Positions 11,308-23,712 of a stretch of 57,412 nucleotides of DNA are shown here, piece by piece. Positions within the stretch are counted from its first letter, which is position 1. Every line of letters begins with the position of its first letter. Both the position numbers and the translations under genes were made by a program. The notes under the pieces are model-generated. The model was not told the origin of the DNA and ran no database searches. It saw only the letters and a list, made by a program, of their open reading frames with translations. This DNA is from Toensbergia leucococca (taxonomy: Eukaryota), in assembly GCA_022813965.1 (NCBI GenBank), contig JALDZS010000153.1:1-57412 (forward strand), given 5' to 3'.

Positions 11308-12966
11308 ATGGACCTCAAGAACCAAGTAGAGGCTGCCGTTAGGTGCTCCTGGCATTTTGATCCTAGGATTCATTCTACGGCAGTAGCAAGGTCGACGACC
11401 AAGCTCAATTACGGAATCAATGCAGACGAATACGCGCTTCTTACCCGGCCCAGAGAAACGAAAATCAAGGCCGAGCGAAAGAAGGGGATCATGCAAGATC
11501 ATCAAAACAAGTATTATTTGCAATGGGAAAAGTTTGGTCCGGCTCCCTGTCGCCCTCAAGACGTTGATATCGAGTACTCTCCTGGCAGCACACCCAGCGA
11601 TGCCATGGACAACAATGGTTTAGACGAAGGTTACGAAGAGGAAGAAGTCTTGTTACTGCCTACGTATCAAGATGGTACTGAAGCATCTCAGATGTTCGAA
11701 TATGCAACACATCTACAAGACCGCACCCATACCATCAAAGACTCGGGCATCTGCATCGAAGACAGTTTTGCGACCGAAGCGGGCAAAGATTCGCCTCCAT
11801 TCACTGCCATCCCTTTTGCGTTTGAATCCGGAGGAGATTCCCCCGCAGAGAACCAATTAGAGTCGTCTTTCTTCCCGGATTATGAAAATCCGAGTACCTA
11901 CGAACCCAATGGCGATATGAAGGAAGACGCGCCGTTCGACCTGTCCGGTTTCGAGTCCTCGGAAGAATACTTGCCGCTGAGTCCAGTCCTCCCCGAAAAC
12001 ATTTCCTTTCCCGAGCAGAATACCGGAGCTGGAACTCAGGAGCACGCACCATTCTTCCACTTCAACGCGGCAGAAATCTGTTCCACTCAGCTGTACGAAG
12101 GCGAACTATTCATCGACTCTCCAAGAATTGCCCCCGGTTTCGTCACTGGTGTTGAAGACCAATACCTCCTTGAACCCGAAGATCCCGCCGTTGTACGTAC
12201 TACTCTTGGCAACTTTATAGACCTCGATCACGAGAACCCAGATATTGCTTGCAGCAGTACCATCGGCCTCCGTCGTGCAAATCTGGCCAACTCAAACCCT
12301 GCTCCGAGGAATAACCCGAAGGCTTCTCCGACTCCATTATTTCGTCCAAGTCAACTTGCCCAGGGCAATGATGTAAATAGGGGAAGGAGGAGAAGTGTTA
12401 GAGATGTGTGGGAAAGCGGGCTCGCCAGGGGCGTGGGGATTGAAGCAAAGGAAGGTGTCCAGATCGCAAGCGAGGTGGCGGAATGCAAAGCCGTAGATGA
12501 AGCCTATTTCGGGAGAACACCGAGCGTGGGTTGCGCTCCGAGTGACGAGGAAGACGGCGATGTCGACATGGGAGACGAAAACGATGAAGATACGGAATTT
12601 GAAGGGAAGGATGATGGGAATGACGAGGAAATGAGCATAAGTATTAGCGAAGACGAAGCAGATGCGGACGCGGACGATGTAGCGGAAAACATCACGAGTC
12701 CCACCCCAAGCGAATCGAGCAACCCCGACGCCGCCAGCCTCAGCTCGCACAAGGCTCCTTCCATCTCCTCGCCTTCCCAACCCGATCTCCCCTACGATGC
12801 ACCTTCGCCCTTTTGTCCCAACTCGCCACCCTGCGTCCCAGAATCCACAATTGCAAAGCATCCTCTCACCGACGATGATTGTTCCAGTCACTCTGAGCCT
12901 GCGAGGAAGAAGGCGCGGAGGGGAGGGGGTGTGCGGAGAGGGAGTGGGAGGGGGAGGGGGAGGTAG
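11308..12966 (+). CDS. Hypothetical acidic/disordered protein (552 aa) with basic C-terminal NLS/RG-like tail
   Basis: Uninterrupted 1.66-kb ORF with good start context (gccATGg), D/E-rich tracts, and the ending PARKKARRGGGVRRGSGRGRGR. No recognised family. Confidence 0.7.
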   Translation: MDLKNQVEAAVRCSWHFDPRIHSTAVARSTTKLNYGINADEYALLTRPRETKIKAERKKGIMQDHQNKYYLQWEKFGPAPCRPQDVDIEYSPGSTPSDAMDNNGLDEGYEEEEVLLLPTYQDGTEASQMFEYATHLQDRTHTIKDSGICIEDSFATEAGKDSPPFTAIPFAFESGGDSPAENQLESSFFPDYENPSTYEPNGDMKEDAPFDLSGFESSEEYLPLSPVLPENISFPEQNTGAGTQEHAPFFHFNAAEICSTQLYEGELFIDSPRIAPGFVTGVEDQYLLEPEDPAVVRTTLGNFIDLDHENPDIACSSTIGLRRANLANSNPAPRNNPKASPTPLFRPSQLAQGNDVNRGRRRSVRDVWESGLARGVGIEAKEGVQIASEVAECKAVDEAYFGRTPSVGCAPSDEEDGDVDMGDENDEDTEFEGKDDGNDEEMSISISEDEADADADDVAENITSPTPSESSNPDAASLSSHKAPSISSPSQPDLPYDAPSPFCPNSPPCVPESTIAKHPLTDDDCSSHSEPARKKARRGGGVRRGSGRGRGR

Positions 12967-13091
12967 ATGAGTTGTGGTTTTGAGGGTTGGATAGGTGTGA
13001 GTTTGGTTGGTGGAGGGATTTTCATTTGTGGTGTTTTCGGTTGTTGTGTGCGGATGATAGATGGGTTTGTTGATTTAAAACTCCACTTTTT

Positions 13092-13466
13092 TTAGGAAAT
13101 GGATATACTTGTCACATTACCAGAATACCTACCTAGGCTCCGCGCCTGAAACAGAAAACCATACACTGCCGAATGCTTAGCCCCTCCTCTAGACTCCTCC
13201 CCAACTCCATACAGAAAATCCAATCCTTTCCTGCGGGTCGCCCAATCCTCGCTCCTGTTCTTGGCCGCCCTGATGTGTCGATCAAGGCGGTAGGGTAGGC
13301 GTAAATATATTTTCAAGAGCGCTTTGTGATAGCATAGGTATTGGGCCGTATGAACGCTCCTTTGTCGGATACCCCATATTGTGTCTTTTAAACCTTGCCA
13401 CTCGTGGACAGCCTGTACGACTTCTGCACCCGAAATTGGGCTGCAGACTGCGGCTTCTTTACACAT
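13092..13466 (-). CDS. Hypothetical protein (possible; start uncertain)
   Basis: 3' part of the 186-aa ORF (MCKEAAVC…), convergent with 11308-12966. No recognised motif. Confidence 0.3.
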   Translation of the reverse strand: MCKEAAVCSPISGAEVVQAVHEWQGLKDTIWGIRQRSVHTAQYLCYHKALLKIYLRLPYRLDRHIRAAKNRSEDWATRRKGLDFLYGVGEESRGGAKHSAVYGFLFQARSLGRYSGNVTSISIS

Positions 13467-14320
13467 GTGCGGACTTTGAATATTACTTCTTTTTTGTATT
13501 AATATGTGATGGTTTGGAGTTGAGGACTTGATTAGTGGGAGTCGAGGTGGGGAGGTGGGAAGATGATAAGGGGAGTGAAGAATGGGATGGGGATTATGAT
13601 GATTGATGGCTTTTGGAGAGAAGTTGAGTTGGGTGATTTGAATAGTATGCAAAGGAGGAAGGGACTTTGTGTACTGGTTCTTATACTGAGGACCATCAGT
13701 GACGATGTTTAGATTACTTGAGCTTTTCTTTGTTTAGTTTTGTCTGTCACTGTTTCTCATACCTTATTCAACTTCTTTTTCTTCCCCTGTTCTGTTCATC
13801 AAGCACAAAGAATATAGGTAAGCTCTTCATTACATCTTAACAATTAGATTTAGTGACTAACTCTTCAACGTTGTCTGTCAGCTCAGAAATAGTTTAATGA
13901 CACACTTATAAGGTCTATAAACTTTGTGATTCAGGCTTGAGGTAAGAGATGTGATGAGATGAGATATACGGAGTTTTGAGAAGTGTGGGAGTTGGATTCG
14001 GGTTTTGGTGAAGTGTTTGATCAGAATGTAACAGTGATTTTATAATGTTAGATTCTGTTGATTAAAAAAAAGAGTATTATTGACTGTATGCATGCTCTGA
14101 TATTTACAAACAAAGCCTTTGTTTCTCAGTTAAAGAAGATTTCATTGCATGCATGCTCTACCATTCTGAAAAAAGCTTTGTCATCCCCAAGTACACTCAC
14201 AATGTTTGAATCACAAGTCCCCTACTGTCAAAACAAACTCTCCTCAAGATCAGAAAAGAAAAAAAGGAAAGGACGCAACAACTCCCCCCCTTAGCCTCTG
14301 TTGTCTCTCATGTGATCATC

Positions 14321-14851
14321 TCATCTCTCAGTCAACCCATCGACAATGAGATCTCTAATGGCATCATCAACCTCCGTCACCAACATGAGCCGCGTACCTA
14401 CCTCAAAATGAGGATTGCGTAGTACTTTCTGCAGATAGATGCAATGAGGACAAGAAAGCTTGGGAAAGTCCTTGGCGGCCAGCGGCTCGATGCGATCCGT
14501 AATGGACACAGGCCCGGCGAGACCCATGCTGGTAAGAGGCTCGATGAGAACCATGTTGGATAAAGATTCGGTGAGAAGGATGGTGGACAGAGGCTTGAAG
14601 ACACCCATGGGCATGTTGGGACTTCTAGGAGGAATGAAGAAGCTGTAGCATGGGTTGCAGAGTTTGTTCACTTCTTCGTCGAGAGGGTAGTAATCGGAGA
14701 CGAGTCTCCTACGAGCGCTGCAGGCGATGATCTGGTCATCATGATCCATACTTCTGACGCACCAGGTTAGGAAAGACACGGTTGCGGTTGTGGCGTTGGC
14801 TGTTATTTGGCCGGTCGGTACGGTGAACCACTCTGGGGTATTGTAGTACAT
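14321..14851 (-). CDS. Hypothetical 176-aa protein with two CxxC pairs
   Basis: Intronless ORF with coding-like codon bias, a TATAAA at 15030-15035 (minus), a pyrimidine-rich leader, and LCNPC and SCPHC motifs. Confidence 0.6.
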   Translation of the reverse strand: MYYNTPEWFTVPTGQITANATTATVSFLTWCVRSMDHDDQIIACSARRRLVSDYYPLDEEVNKLCNPCYSFFIPPRSPNMPMGVFKPLSTILLTESLSNMVLIEPLTSMGLAGPVSITDRIEPLAAKDFPKLSCPHCIYLQKVLRNPHFEVGTRLMLVTEVDDAIRDLIVDGLTER

Positions 14852-15567
14852 CTTTGCTGGATGAAGTGGGAGGAGATGAGCTTGCCGGAGGGTAGGTTTG
14901 GTAGCGGGTCGACAGTTTGGAGTCGATTGGGGGATTTGAAAGAGAGACTTGTTCTTGGTGTAGAAGGCTTTGGGTCTTGGAGAGGTGGTGAAGAATCGAA
15001 GAGGAACTTGTCAAGAGAGACGTCCATACTTTATACCCCTGGAGAGAGATGACAAGACTGTTAACAGTGAGATAATTTAAAATGAACAAGGCTGTTGTTC
15101 CGAAAAGAGATATACTGTCCTATGAGTTGATGGCGGGTTTGTTGTACGGAACAACCAAACACTCGTTTGACAAAAGGAGGGCTTTGGTTTGTCCTGGCGG
15201 AAGGTAATCAACTCAAGATTAGCTAGGTATTAGCTGCAAATCACATTAGGCCATCACTCCATCTTAGCTTCAGAACGCTAGATGATGTTTGCTGAGTTAG
15301 TCCTCCTGCTTGATATCAATGAGCATCCTAGTCACAGTTTCGAGGATGCGAGTCGTAAAGCATAGGCCCCGAGTCGTACATCGTGAATATCAAATGTTGA
15401 ATCCTCGGGCATCACAACACTTTCTTCCATGAATCACACCCAGGTGTTGTCATATCTTCAAGTCTCTTCTTCTTTCGAGGCTCTTCACACATCCCAGGTC
15501 CAATATTGAATCACATCAGATCTCGCACCTACTTCCTCTTTGCACTAAACAGATTTTCAAAGTCACC

Positions 15568-16491
15568 ATGTCTTGGGGCAGCTACGGAAGTTCTCCTGAC
15601 GACGAATTCCACTCGGAGTTTGCTTCAGTTCCAGATAATGAACCAGGCCGTAGCTTCTCGCAAGTGCAGTCAACGTCTCCCTCCCCATATTCTAGACTTT
15701 CGTCATGGAATGAGTCAGGTTATCGTCACTTGTCCATGCCTCGGACTCGGTCGTTGCCACTTGGGGAATCTTGGAGACGTCCTTCATTTTGGCCTCGCTT
15801 TCCGACACCTCTATTTCAACCACCGCAGCACCAACGCTTCCCATTGTCGAACGCTCGGAGCCGACACTCTTCTCAAGACACTCATTCCCCAGGGCTTAAT
15901 CCCGCATCTCAATCCACACCAGTGGTAGGTTCTCAAAACCAGTATGGGCCAACAAAAGTCAGAAAGGTGGAAGGACCAAGATTGTTGGGACACACTTCTT
16001 CTCGGTCATATTTCACAATAAATTTCATTCAAAACGGAATCAGGCCGCACATGGATGTATACACGATGCGGAACCGAGACGAGCCCGTACCATTTGCAAC
16101 ATACAAACTTTCATCAGATGTCAATCTAGGCGTGCTCATTCAATCTTTTGTTCCTCAGGCCGATGAGAAAACTGGCATCACACGAGTGGAGCTAGTCAAT
16201 GGCGCATGGAGGGATATAGGTACATATACTCCTGGTCTCGACGTATGCGAGCTCGATCTGACACAGATGGGGTGGCCGGACCTCAACCAATCTGCTGTAT
16301 GGCTATGCGTCTACGATCTTCTACAAGACGAGCAAGATCGAAGGGAGTTTGCAGATCGGCATGGCTTTCGCACAGTGTCGGACTTGGAGGCAGAAAAGCG
16401 GGAAGAGAAACTTAAGATGGAAGAAGTTGATAGGGTGAGAGAGATTCAATTACAAGAGGATCTGAAGAGATTGGAAGAACTGCGGAGATAG
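15568..16491 (+). CDS. Hypothetical 307-aa protein (S/P/R-rich N-terminus, globular middle, C-terminal coiled coil)
   Basis: Intact ORF with start context caccATG and an E/K/R-rich helical tail. Confidence 0.7.
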   Translation: MSWGSYGSSPDDEFHSEFASVPDNEPGRSFSQVQSTSPSPYSRLSSWNESGYRHLSMPRTRSLPLGESWRRPSFWPRFPTPLFQPPQHQRFPLSNARSRHSSQDTHSPGLNPASQSTPVVGSQNQYGPTKVRKVEGPRLLGHTSSRSYFTINFIQNGIRPHMDVYTMRNRDEPVPFATYKLSSDVNLGVLIQSFVPQADEKTGITRVELVNGAWRDIGTYTPGLDVCELDLTQMGWPDLNQSAVWLCVYDLLQDEQDRREFADRHGFRTVSDLEAEKREEKLKMEEVDRVREIQLQEDLKRLEELRR

Positions 16492-17926
16492 TGATTCTGG
16501 GGGCTCAGCACAGATTTTGCGAGGCATTTATTGAGTCTGAGCACTTTCGGAAATTGTAGAGAAGTGAGCGTCGAGTCAACTCGAGTATCAAATTAGCACA
16601 CCTTGACAACGGGGAATACGAAGACTGAAGGTACGCTTGTTTGAGCGAATCTTCGTTCTGAACCAGTTTCCTCATCTTCTCTTCGAGCTTGATATTCGCT
16701 GTCCTAGGCAGAATAGGTCCATATGCTAAGGCATATTCAAAAATGATTCTAGAACTCGGATACCATAAAGTAAAGATGAAGCGGTCTCTGAACGTGTGGC
16801 TATCAAACTAAAAGCTGAGATGCATACTGTGAGAACATCATAGCCGTCCAATCGAGGAGATGCAGTGCAATCTGGTCGCTTAGTCATCGACATGCAGGTC
16901 ATTGCTTTCTCACCTCGTGGACTCCAGATAGCATCCCAAGTGTATGTTCGGCTGAGCGAAGTTTTATTGCATGCTTTCGTTTCCCTTTCTCTTGATTGGA
17001 TGGATTGTTATCTGGCTCAATGGCGGTTAATTTGGCGTAAAATGCAAGTGTCAAATAAAGTAGCATTTGGAATTAAAAATGAGGAGACAATAGCAGGTGA
17101 AAGGAAAGGCTACACATCAAGAAGAGGCAGCAAGTGTATCTGGTCGATTCGGCGGTAAGAACAGCAGGATGGATTTTGAAGTGATTACGGAGTACTCTGT
17201 AGAATTCAAGGATTTCGTGCGCGCCGGCCCGGATCAACCAATGATCCAAGCGATAGAATAGAATACCCTGCCCTACCTCCCTACCTAGATCCCTCGATCC
17301 AACAGATTTGACGAATTTAGTCTGACGTGAGTGGTCGCTTTGGGAAATCTAGCAGGCGGAGTGACAGCCTTTAGGAAGCACCTTGCGAGTACCTTATCTC
17401 AGGTCAGGCCATATTGGGAACGATGCTAGGGTTCTTTCGCTGGTACTTAGGGTTATCCATCTACCTTAGGTACTTGAAGACGTTGCAATTAAATATTCAG
17501 CCAATAAGGAATCGTCCTTTTGCACACTTACACACTTCTACCTCCTTTGTTTTCATCTTTAACTCTCCCTGTATTCAATACATCGAGACTTGGATCGATC
17601 AACATGAAATATTACTAGATTCGCAATCATGAGTGGCGATGACGACGCCCAATCAACAGCAGCTCCGACGCTAAGAACATAACATCATACCAGCTAATCG
17701 AGAATCACGCTCTTTTCTTCCATCTTCATTCAACGGCCCGCCATGCTTTTCAACATGGAAATGACACAATCACCCCCGTTTATAACCTTGCACCAAGTCC
17801 GCCATTTTACACCATCTCCCCGGTGCTCCCTCCGTTGGACTTTTTGTAATCCTTCATCCGAACCTCCCTAGACTCTCTTCATGTCGAACAATCACCTTAA
17901 TTTGCCCGAAACCTAAGATTACTATC

Positions 17927-19526
17927 ATGGCACTGACTATTGAACAAGGACGAGCATATATTCGGAAGTCACCCTTACCACTGGTCGATTATTCATCCAA
18001 GTCCCACTTTTCTATTGTGAACAGTACGCAAAAGCTTGAAGAGGAGAGCCTTCTGGATTATCGCCCAGCAGACTTCTATCCCGTCCGCATTGGCGAAATT
18101 TTAAATGAGAGGTATCAAGTACTGGGTAAGCTTGCTTATGCATCAAGTTGTACAGCATGGCTCTGTCGAGATCTGAGGTATGTGCGAGAATACCTCTAAA
18201 CAAGCATTTCTAATCATTACTGGCAGCGACCATGGCTACGTGACTCTCAAAGTATACACCCGAGGGCCCAACCAAGAATCTCAAGTTGATAGAAAACTTG
18301 ACGTTTATAACCATTTGACTACAGCGAATCCATATCATGTTGGCTGGCCGTATGTTCGAACCATTCTTGACAACTTTCAGATTTCTGTACCAGATGACTA
18401 TCATGATTGCCTTGTTCACAAGCCATTATGGACAAGCTTGTACGAATTTCAAAACATTCAGCCTCGTCGCAGGTTCAGCGAGCATCTCTTGAAATCCCTG
18501 TTGATCGATATTTTCCTTGGGCTTGATTATCTTCATACTGCTTGCCACATGATACACACCGGTATATTAAAATCATTTTCTTTACACTTTGATGCAGTTT
18601 TCATTCCCCAATAGAACTAAGCCAACGTGCGTGGTTGGATGGTATAGATCTCAAAGCAAGCACTATCCGGCTAGATATTGAAGATGAATCCATTCTCGAG
18701 CATTTTGAGAGGGACGAAACCGAAACCCCTAGCCCCCAAAAGATTGCTGGTGATCGAATAATCTATACCTCTCGAATTATGGGTCTGCCGAATCGAGTTG
18801 GACATCCTGTGATATGTGATTTCGGAGAGGCTCGTCATGGAAATGAAGAGAATGACGATGACATTCAACCAGAGATTTACAGAGCGCCCGAGGTAATATT
18901 AGAGATCCCTTGGACTTATAGTGTTGACATCTGGAATGTTGGTGTAATGGTAAGTCATCCCCATCCTCGATTCATCAAATATGATATGTGTCGTATGATT
19001 TTCGATCTCAGTATTGAATGCAAATTCCGAGACAATCTAAGACGCGGATCTTATGATTTACTGACTAGCGACAGATCTGGGATCTCTTCGAAGACAAGCA
19101 TATGTTTGACGGCATAGATCCGGAGGAGGAGGAGTATTCTAATCGGCACCATCTAGCAGAGATGATAGCATTATTGGGACCTCCACCGGTGGACTTTCTA
19201 AGACGGAGTCACACAAGCTCTGAATATTTTGATGAAGATGGTAAGTCTTAACTCCGATCATGGAATATTTGACGGAAAATCCCTTGTATATACCGTAAGA
19301 AATGTGCTAAAGGTTAGTAGGGAATTGGGACGAAGACATTGAGATATCTCAATCGCTATCCCTCGAAGACTCGGAAGAAAACCTTCAAGGGAATGGCAAA
19401 AAGCTCTTTTTGCAATTCATGAGATCCATGTTACGATGGAAGCCCGAGGAAAGGAAGACTGCTCGAGAGCTTTTGCACGACCCTTGGTTAAATGGAGATT
19501 CTGATGACTCCAAACTTACAGCTTAG
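17927..19526 (+). CDS. SRPK/SKY1-like CMGC protein kinase (expanded fungal type) with degenerate catalytic motifs, 5 exons
   Basis: Motifs FYPVRIGEILNERYQVLGKL, YVTLKVY, LDYLHTACHMIHTDLK, VICDFGEAR, IQPEIYRAPEVIL, WTYSVDIWNVG, HLAEMIALLGPPP and MLRWKPEERKTARELL. Introns ~18179-18227, 18562-18647, 18950-19074 and 19241-19320. TAG at 19524-19526. Confidence 0.88.
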
Positions 19527-20226
19527 TGAGGTTGATAAGGGTGAGGGGAGAGAGCCTGAAAAGAGACTTGTGCTACCAGTCTTTCGTAGCGTCGATCACA
19601 TACCCCTAGGACACTTGTTAACGTTTGCTGGCACGCAACATACATTAAAATATATAATAGAAATATCATTTCTTGAACATAACCTCTTGGTATTCAACCG
19701 CATCGAGAATTGTATCGTGCATCTACCACCTAATGTCTTAACTCTAGCATCTCTGTCGCTAGATGACATAATGCGCTTCTATATGCTAGGGTTCTGTATG
19801 GACCCATTTCCAGAGATCCTGGTGCATCTGTTATTCGAGCTTTCAGCAGTTCGCATCATGCTATTTCCGCAATTTTGCCGAGATCAGGACAAATCTAACC
19901 TTGCCAAAATCTTTACCGCTCAATCGTACTAGTGCCAGGAAGAATCAATCATTACTTTTATCAGCAGTGCAAGTATCCGAAGAGATAAATGTTAGGTACT
20001 CTCGTACTCTACTGTGAAATTGAATTTGGCGCCAAACTACGAGTGCCACCATCTTTTCGGGTCGGGCCGCGCATTATTCTAGAGTATTTAAATTTAATTA
20101 ATTAAATGGCCAGGGAGTGGACACGTCGGCGCGTCGCGATCGAGGGATACTCTTCTGAATATTCAAAAGATTCCGAATATTGGAGATCAAAGCCATTGAA
20201 TCCAGTATACATTACGAGCAGCGCAA

Positions 20227-21712
20227 ATGTTTCACTGCCCCTGCAGCAGCCGGTATCTATCAGGACGAAGCTTCCCTTCGAAGACACCGAATCGAAAAGA
20301 AACACTGCTACTGCCAGTCATGCGAACTATTCTTCTCAAATCGAACCCTCTTTGACAAACATCGCGTCGCCCTCCACTGGCTCCACAGTTTCCCTTGTAG
20401 CGCCTGCGATCGAGCCTTTACAATCGTCTCTCCAGGCTCACCAGCGATCTTAAGGACACTGCTACTGCGAAGAATGTCAAGAGTATCTTGACAATCAGCC
20501 CGATTTTGATTCTCATACTGACGAATTTGAGAAAAATTTGGTTATACACGAACATCTTTCTGATTCTAAGCGCACGCCTGCAATGCTTCTTTCAATGACT
20601 TTGATTCTTTCGTTCAGCACCTAAAATCAAGTCATGTTAAGACACACTGTTACAGCTGCGACAGGGCCTTTGTGGATTTGGCTTCTCTGGATGAGCATTA
20701 TCATTCCACTGTCCAAGACCTGCCAAAGACCCTTCAATGCATCTACAGTCCCGAGTGCAAGGAACAATTTTCTACGAATTGTGCTCTCATTCAACATTAT
20801 CATGGTCACTGCAATGCTTTACGTTACGTGAAGTTGGAGGATGACGAGGTGACCGAAGAAATTGATGCTGAAGAAAGCGATGTTGAAGAAAGCGATGCTG
20901 AAGAAAGCGATGCTAAAGAGAGCGATGTTGAGGAAAGCGATGTTGAAGAAATCGATGCTGAAGAGAGCGAGGTTGAGGAAAGCGATGCTGAAGAAAGTTA
21001 TGCGGAAGAAGGTGACGTTGGAGAAAGTGATTCTCAAGAAAGTGATACTCAAGAAAATGACCCTCAAGAAAGCGACACCCAAGAAAGCGACGTCGAGGAA
21101 TCAGCCCAGAACCTAAAAGAGGAAGCTCAGCTACCTACAGCAACTCAACAACCTCCCAGCACGAGTCCGTCTGCCGCTACACCTGCTTTTACTTTCGTCG
21201 CTGGTAATATGCCCTCAATATTCTCTACCTCCAATGGACTCACTACCAAAGAAACCCCCTCAATTGACTCCTTCACTTTTGAACCTTGCGCCCCATTAAT
21301 CTTTAACTGGCTTTCGCACTCCAAAGTCTTCAACCCTCTTGCCTATCAGCATCATAACCCGACACAACTCCTCCACGCAATTCAAACCGTAGAAGCGCAC
21401 CTTAAAAGCCTCGGCATAAGTGATATTCAGCTTCTGGGCCGCAAAGCTCACACCGATACCCCATGCGTAGCCGCCGTTGATCCATTGCAAATCGAGAAGC
21501 CCGAGATCAAGCTCTCAGAGCCAAGGAGACCATCGAGTCCCCGTTCGCTGGATACACCGAATGCGATCTTTTGTGGACAAGATGATGGAGAAGATACATC
21601 GTCACTGCCTCTAATAGGGGAGAAGTTTCTGAAACCCCCGCCGAAAGCCTCCCCAAGCAGGAACATCACTCCCGTTAGTCAACACTCTCTTGAGTGGTGT
21701 ACTCGACGCTAA
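20227..21712 (+). pseudogene. Multi-C2H2 zinc-finger gene with frameshifts and an in-frame stop; acidic repeat and P/S-rich tail
   Basis: Fingers HCPCSSRY-QDEASLRRH, CYCQSCELFF…KH, CSACDRAF…AH, CYCEECQEY, CYSCDRAF…EH and CIYSPECKEQF…H are spread over different frames, with TAA at 20451-20453 and no evident introns to reconcile them. Confidence 0.65.
20856..21100 (+). repeat. 15-bp coding tandem repeat (EESDA/EESDV/QESDT, ~16 units)
   Basis: gaagaaagcgatgct and variants in tandem. Confidence 0.9.
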
Positions 21713-23712
21713 CCCCTTCAAAGAACGAGGACATGTGTCTGAGGGACTACTCACCCTTGGATCGGTTCTATGATGCTTCAGAATTCCTTGAAATTTGACG
21801 CTGAGAGTTGTTCAATCTCAAAAATATGTTACAAATATTGTTTTTTCTAGAATCTACGCCTGCTTTTCTTTCCTAATAATCAGCGCCGTATATTTATTAT
21901 TCCCTCACAACGTCATATACTGACTGACTCTAATATTTTCTGAGTATGAGATGACCTTCAAATTTTCACAGTCATGTCATATAGAGATGTGATATCAACT
22001 ATTTGCTGAAGGCTGAGACAGGACTGATCTCAAGACCCTTGAAAAGTGTTCAAAATATTGGTAAGCATACATTGCTAAGTTTATATGAAGTTAATAGAGC
22101 TGCTATAATTATTTATCATGATTGAGTGAGTGTTAATAATTGAAACAATCAAAAAACAAGGACTTGCGCCTAAAGGAACTAAAGGGGAAGAATGAGTCAA
22201 AATGTCAAGCTGAGATGACATACATCAACGCATACAAGTCCATTCAGTTCATTGAGTTAATTACATATTTACAGTCGTCAGCCACCAATCTTCTGCTCTC
22301 AGCCTTTAGACCGCTTCAACTCCTCGCGTTCTTGATGTCAGCATATCCGATTGCTATCTCTGTGACCTTTTTCATCCTCAAAGAAGCAAAATTCTTCGTC
22401 GGAAAGACACATGGTTGATTATATGGCCCAGCGGAACTTTCCGGATCTTGCTATATTTGGCTCGCTCCAGCGTGATAGCATTCACTGTGTCCTGACAGCA
22501 ATGAACTAGGAGCTACTTGAAGTTGTTACAGGAGAATGAAAGTGTTTGAGAACTCAAAGAGTTATTATTAATCTTTGGAAAGCTGGTTGAGCGTTGCAAT
22601 TACCATCGCACCTCAATAGAGCTCCAAGGATGACTTATCTCCTTTTTCTAATCAAAGATTGACTCCTCATGTATTCAATCTATGAAAATCCTGATTCATT
22701 CTTGACCCATATTTTTATTATTAGTGAGATGATTTCTTTCTGCACCTTTACTACTATCAATTTCTTTAACGTACATGTTGAAAACACAATCATCACAAGC
22801 TCATTCTTTCACCTGATGATTAGAGAAGTACTCACTGAATGAGAGTATAGAGGCTGTGATCAAGAAAGAGTGTCTATCAAGAAGTATATCAAAGCAGAAA
22901 TTTCTTTGTGAAACACTGACCAAGTCAGTTGAAATGAAGGAGCTCAATCCTGATTTATGAATGAAGAGAAGTGAAGGTGACGATCATCTATTTGTCTGTG
23001 ATTTGTTTCACGCTATGGCAAGGGGTTTTGCATAAATTGCAAGTGGCTCTGGCAGTGGCGATGATATACAAGTACGCCAAATTCTGCGACTTGTACAAAC
23101 TGGGCACAAGATCGGCAAATCAGTAAGAATTATACCGTGGTTGTTGATTTATTTATTTAATATCAACGAGATGTGCGGCACTTCGTTGTGCTCTCGGTGA
23201 TAATTCAATACAAAATGCAGCTTACTTATCTTCTGTATGCAAGAATCAGGATGAATAACTCAAATTCTCTTCTTATCTGAAAGGGCTGATGGAACTCGTT
23301 GGATTTGTTGACGAATGGGGATGCGGGAGCGATCTCTTTGACGTTTTTTGATTAAATCGCTGGCTGATCGCTTGCAGATCTAGAATAATCAATGCAGCTA
23401 AGTTGGTGGCTAACAAACACTACCTACTCAAGGACCTGTCAAACCCAAACTACTCTCCACGATAAGAGATATGGAAAGGGCCCCGCTTTCCCACCATGCC
23501 AGCAATACTTCTCTTATCGCGGCCATTGTATCCGTAAAACTCTTTTTCCAAACAGACCAGATCTTATATCTCGCCTGGATCCATGGACACACATTCTTCC
23601 TCCAGTCCCTTGAAACCCTCGTGGCTAGAGAGTCCAAGGACCTGTCCTACAAGCTGCCGTCTTCGCTTCCTCGTCGAATATCATCGTTGGCTACGGTGCA
23701 GGACCTTCGAGC

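Noticed and set aside
19492..19932. 146-aa + strand ORF after the kinase
   Set aside because: It overlaps the kinase 3' end/UTR and has no recognisable motif or support.
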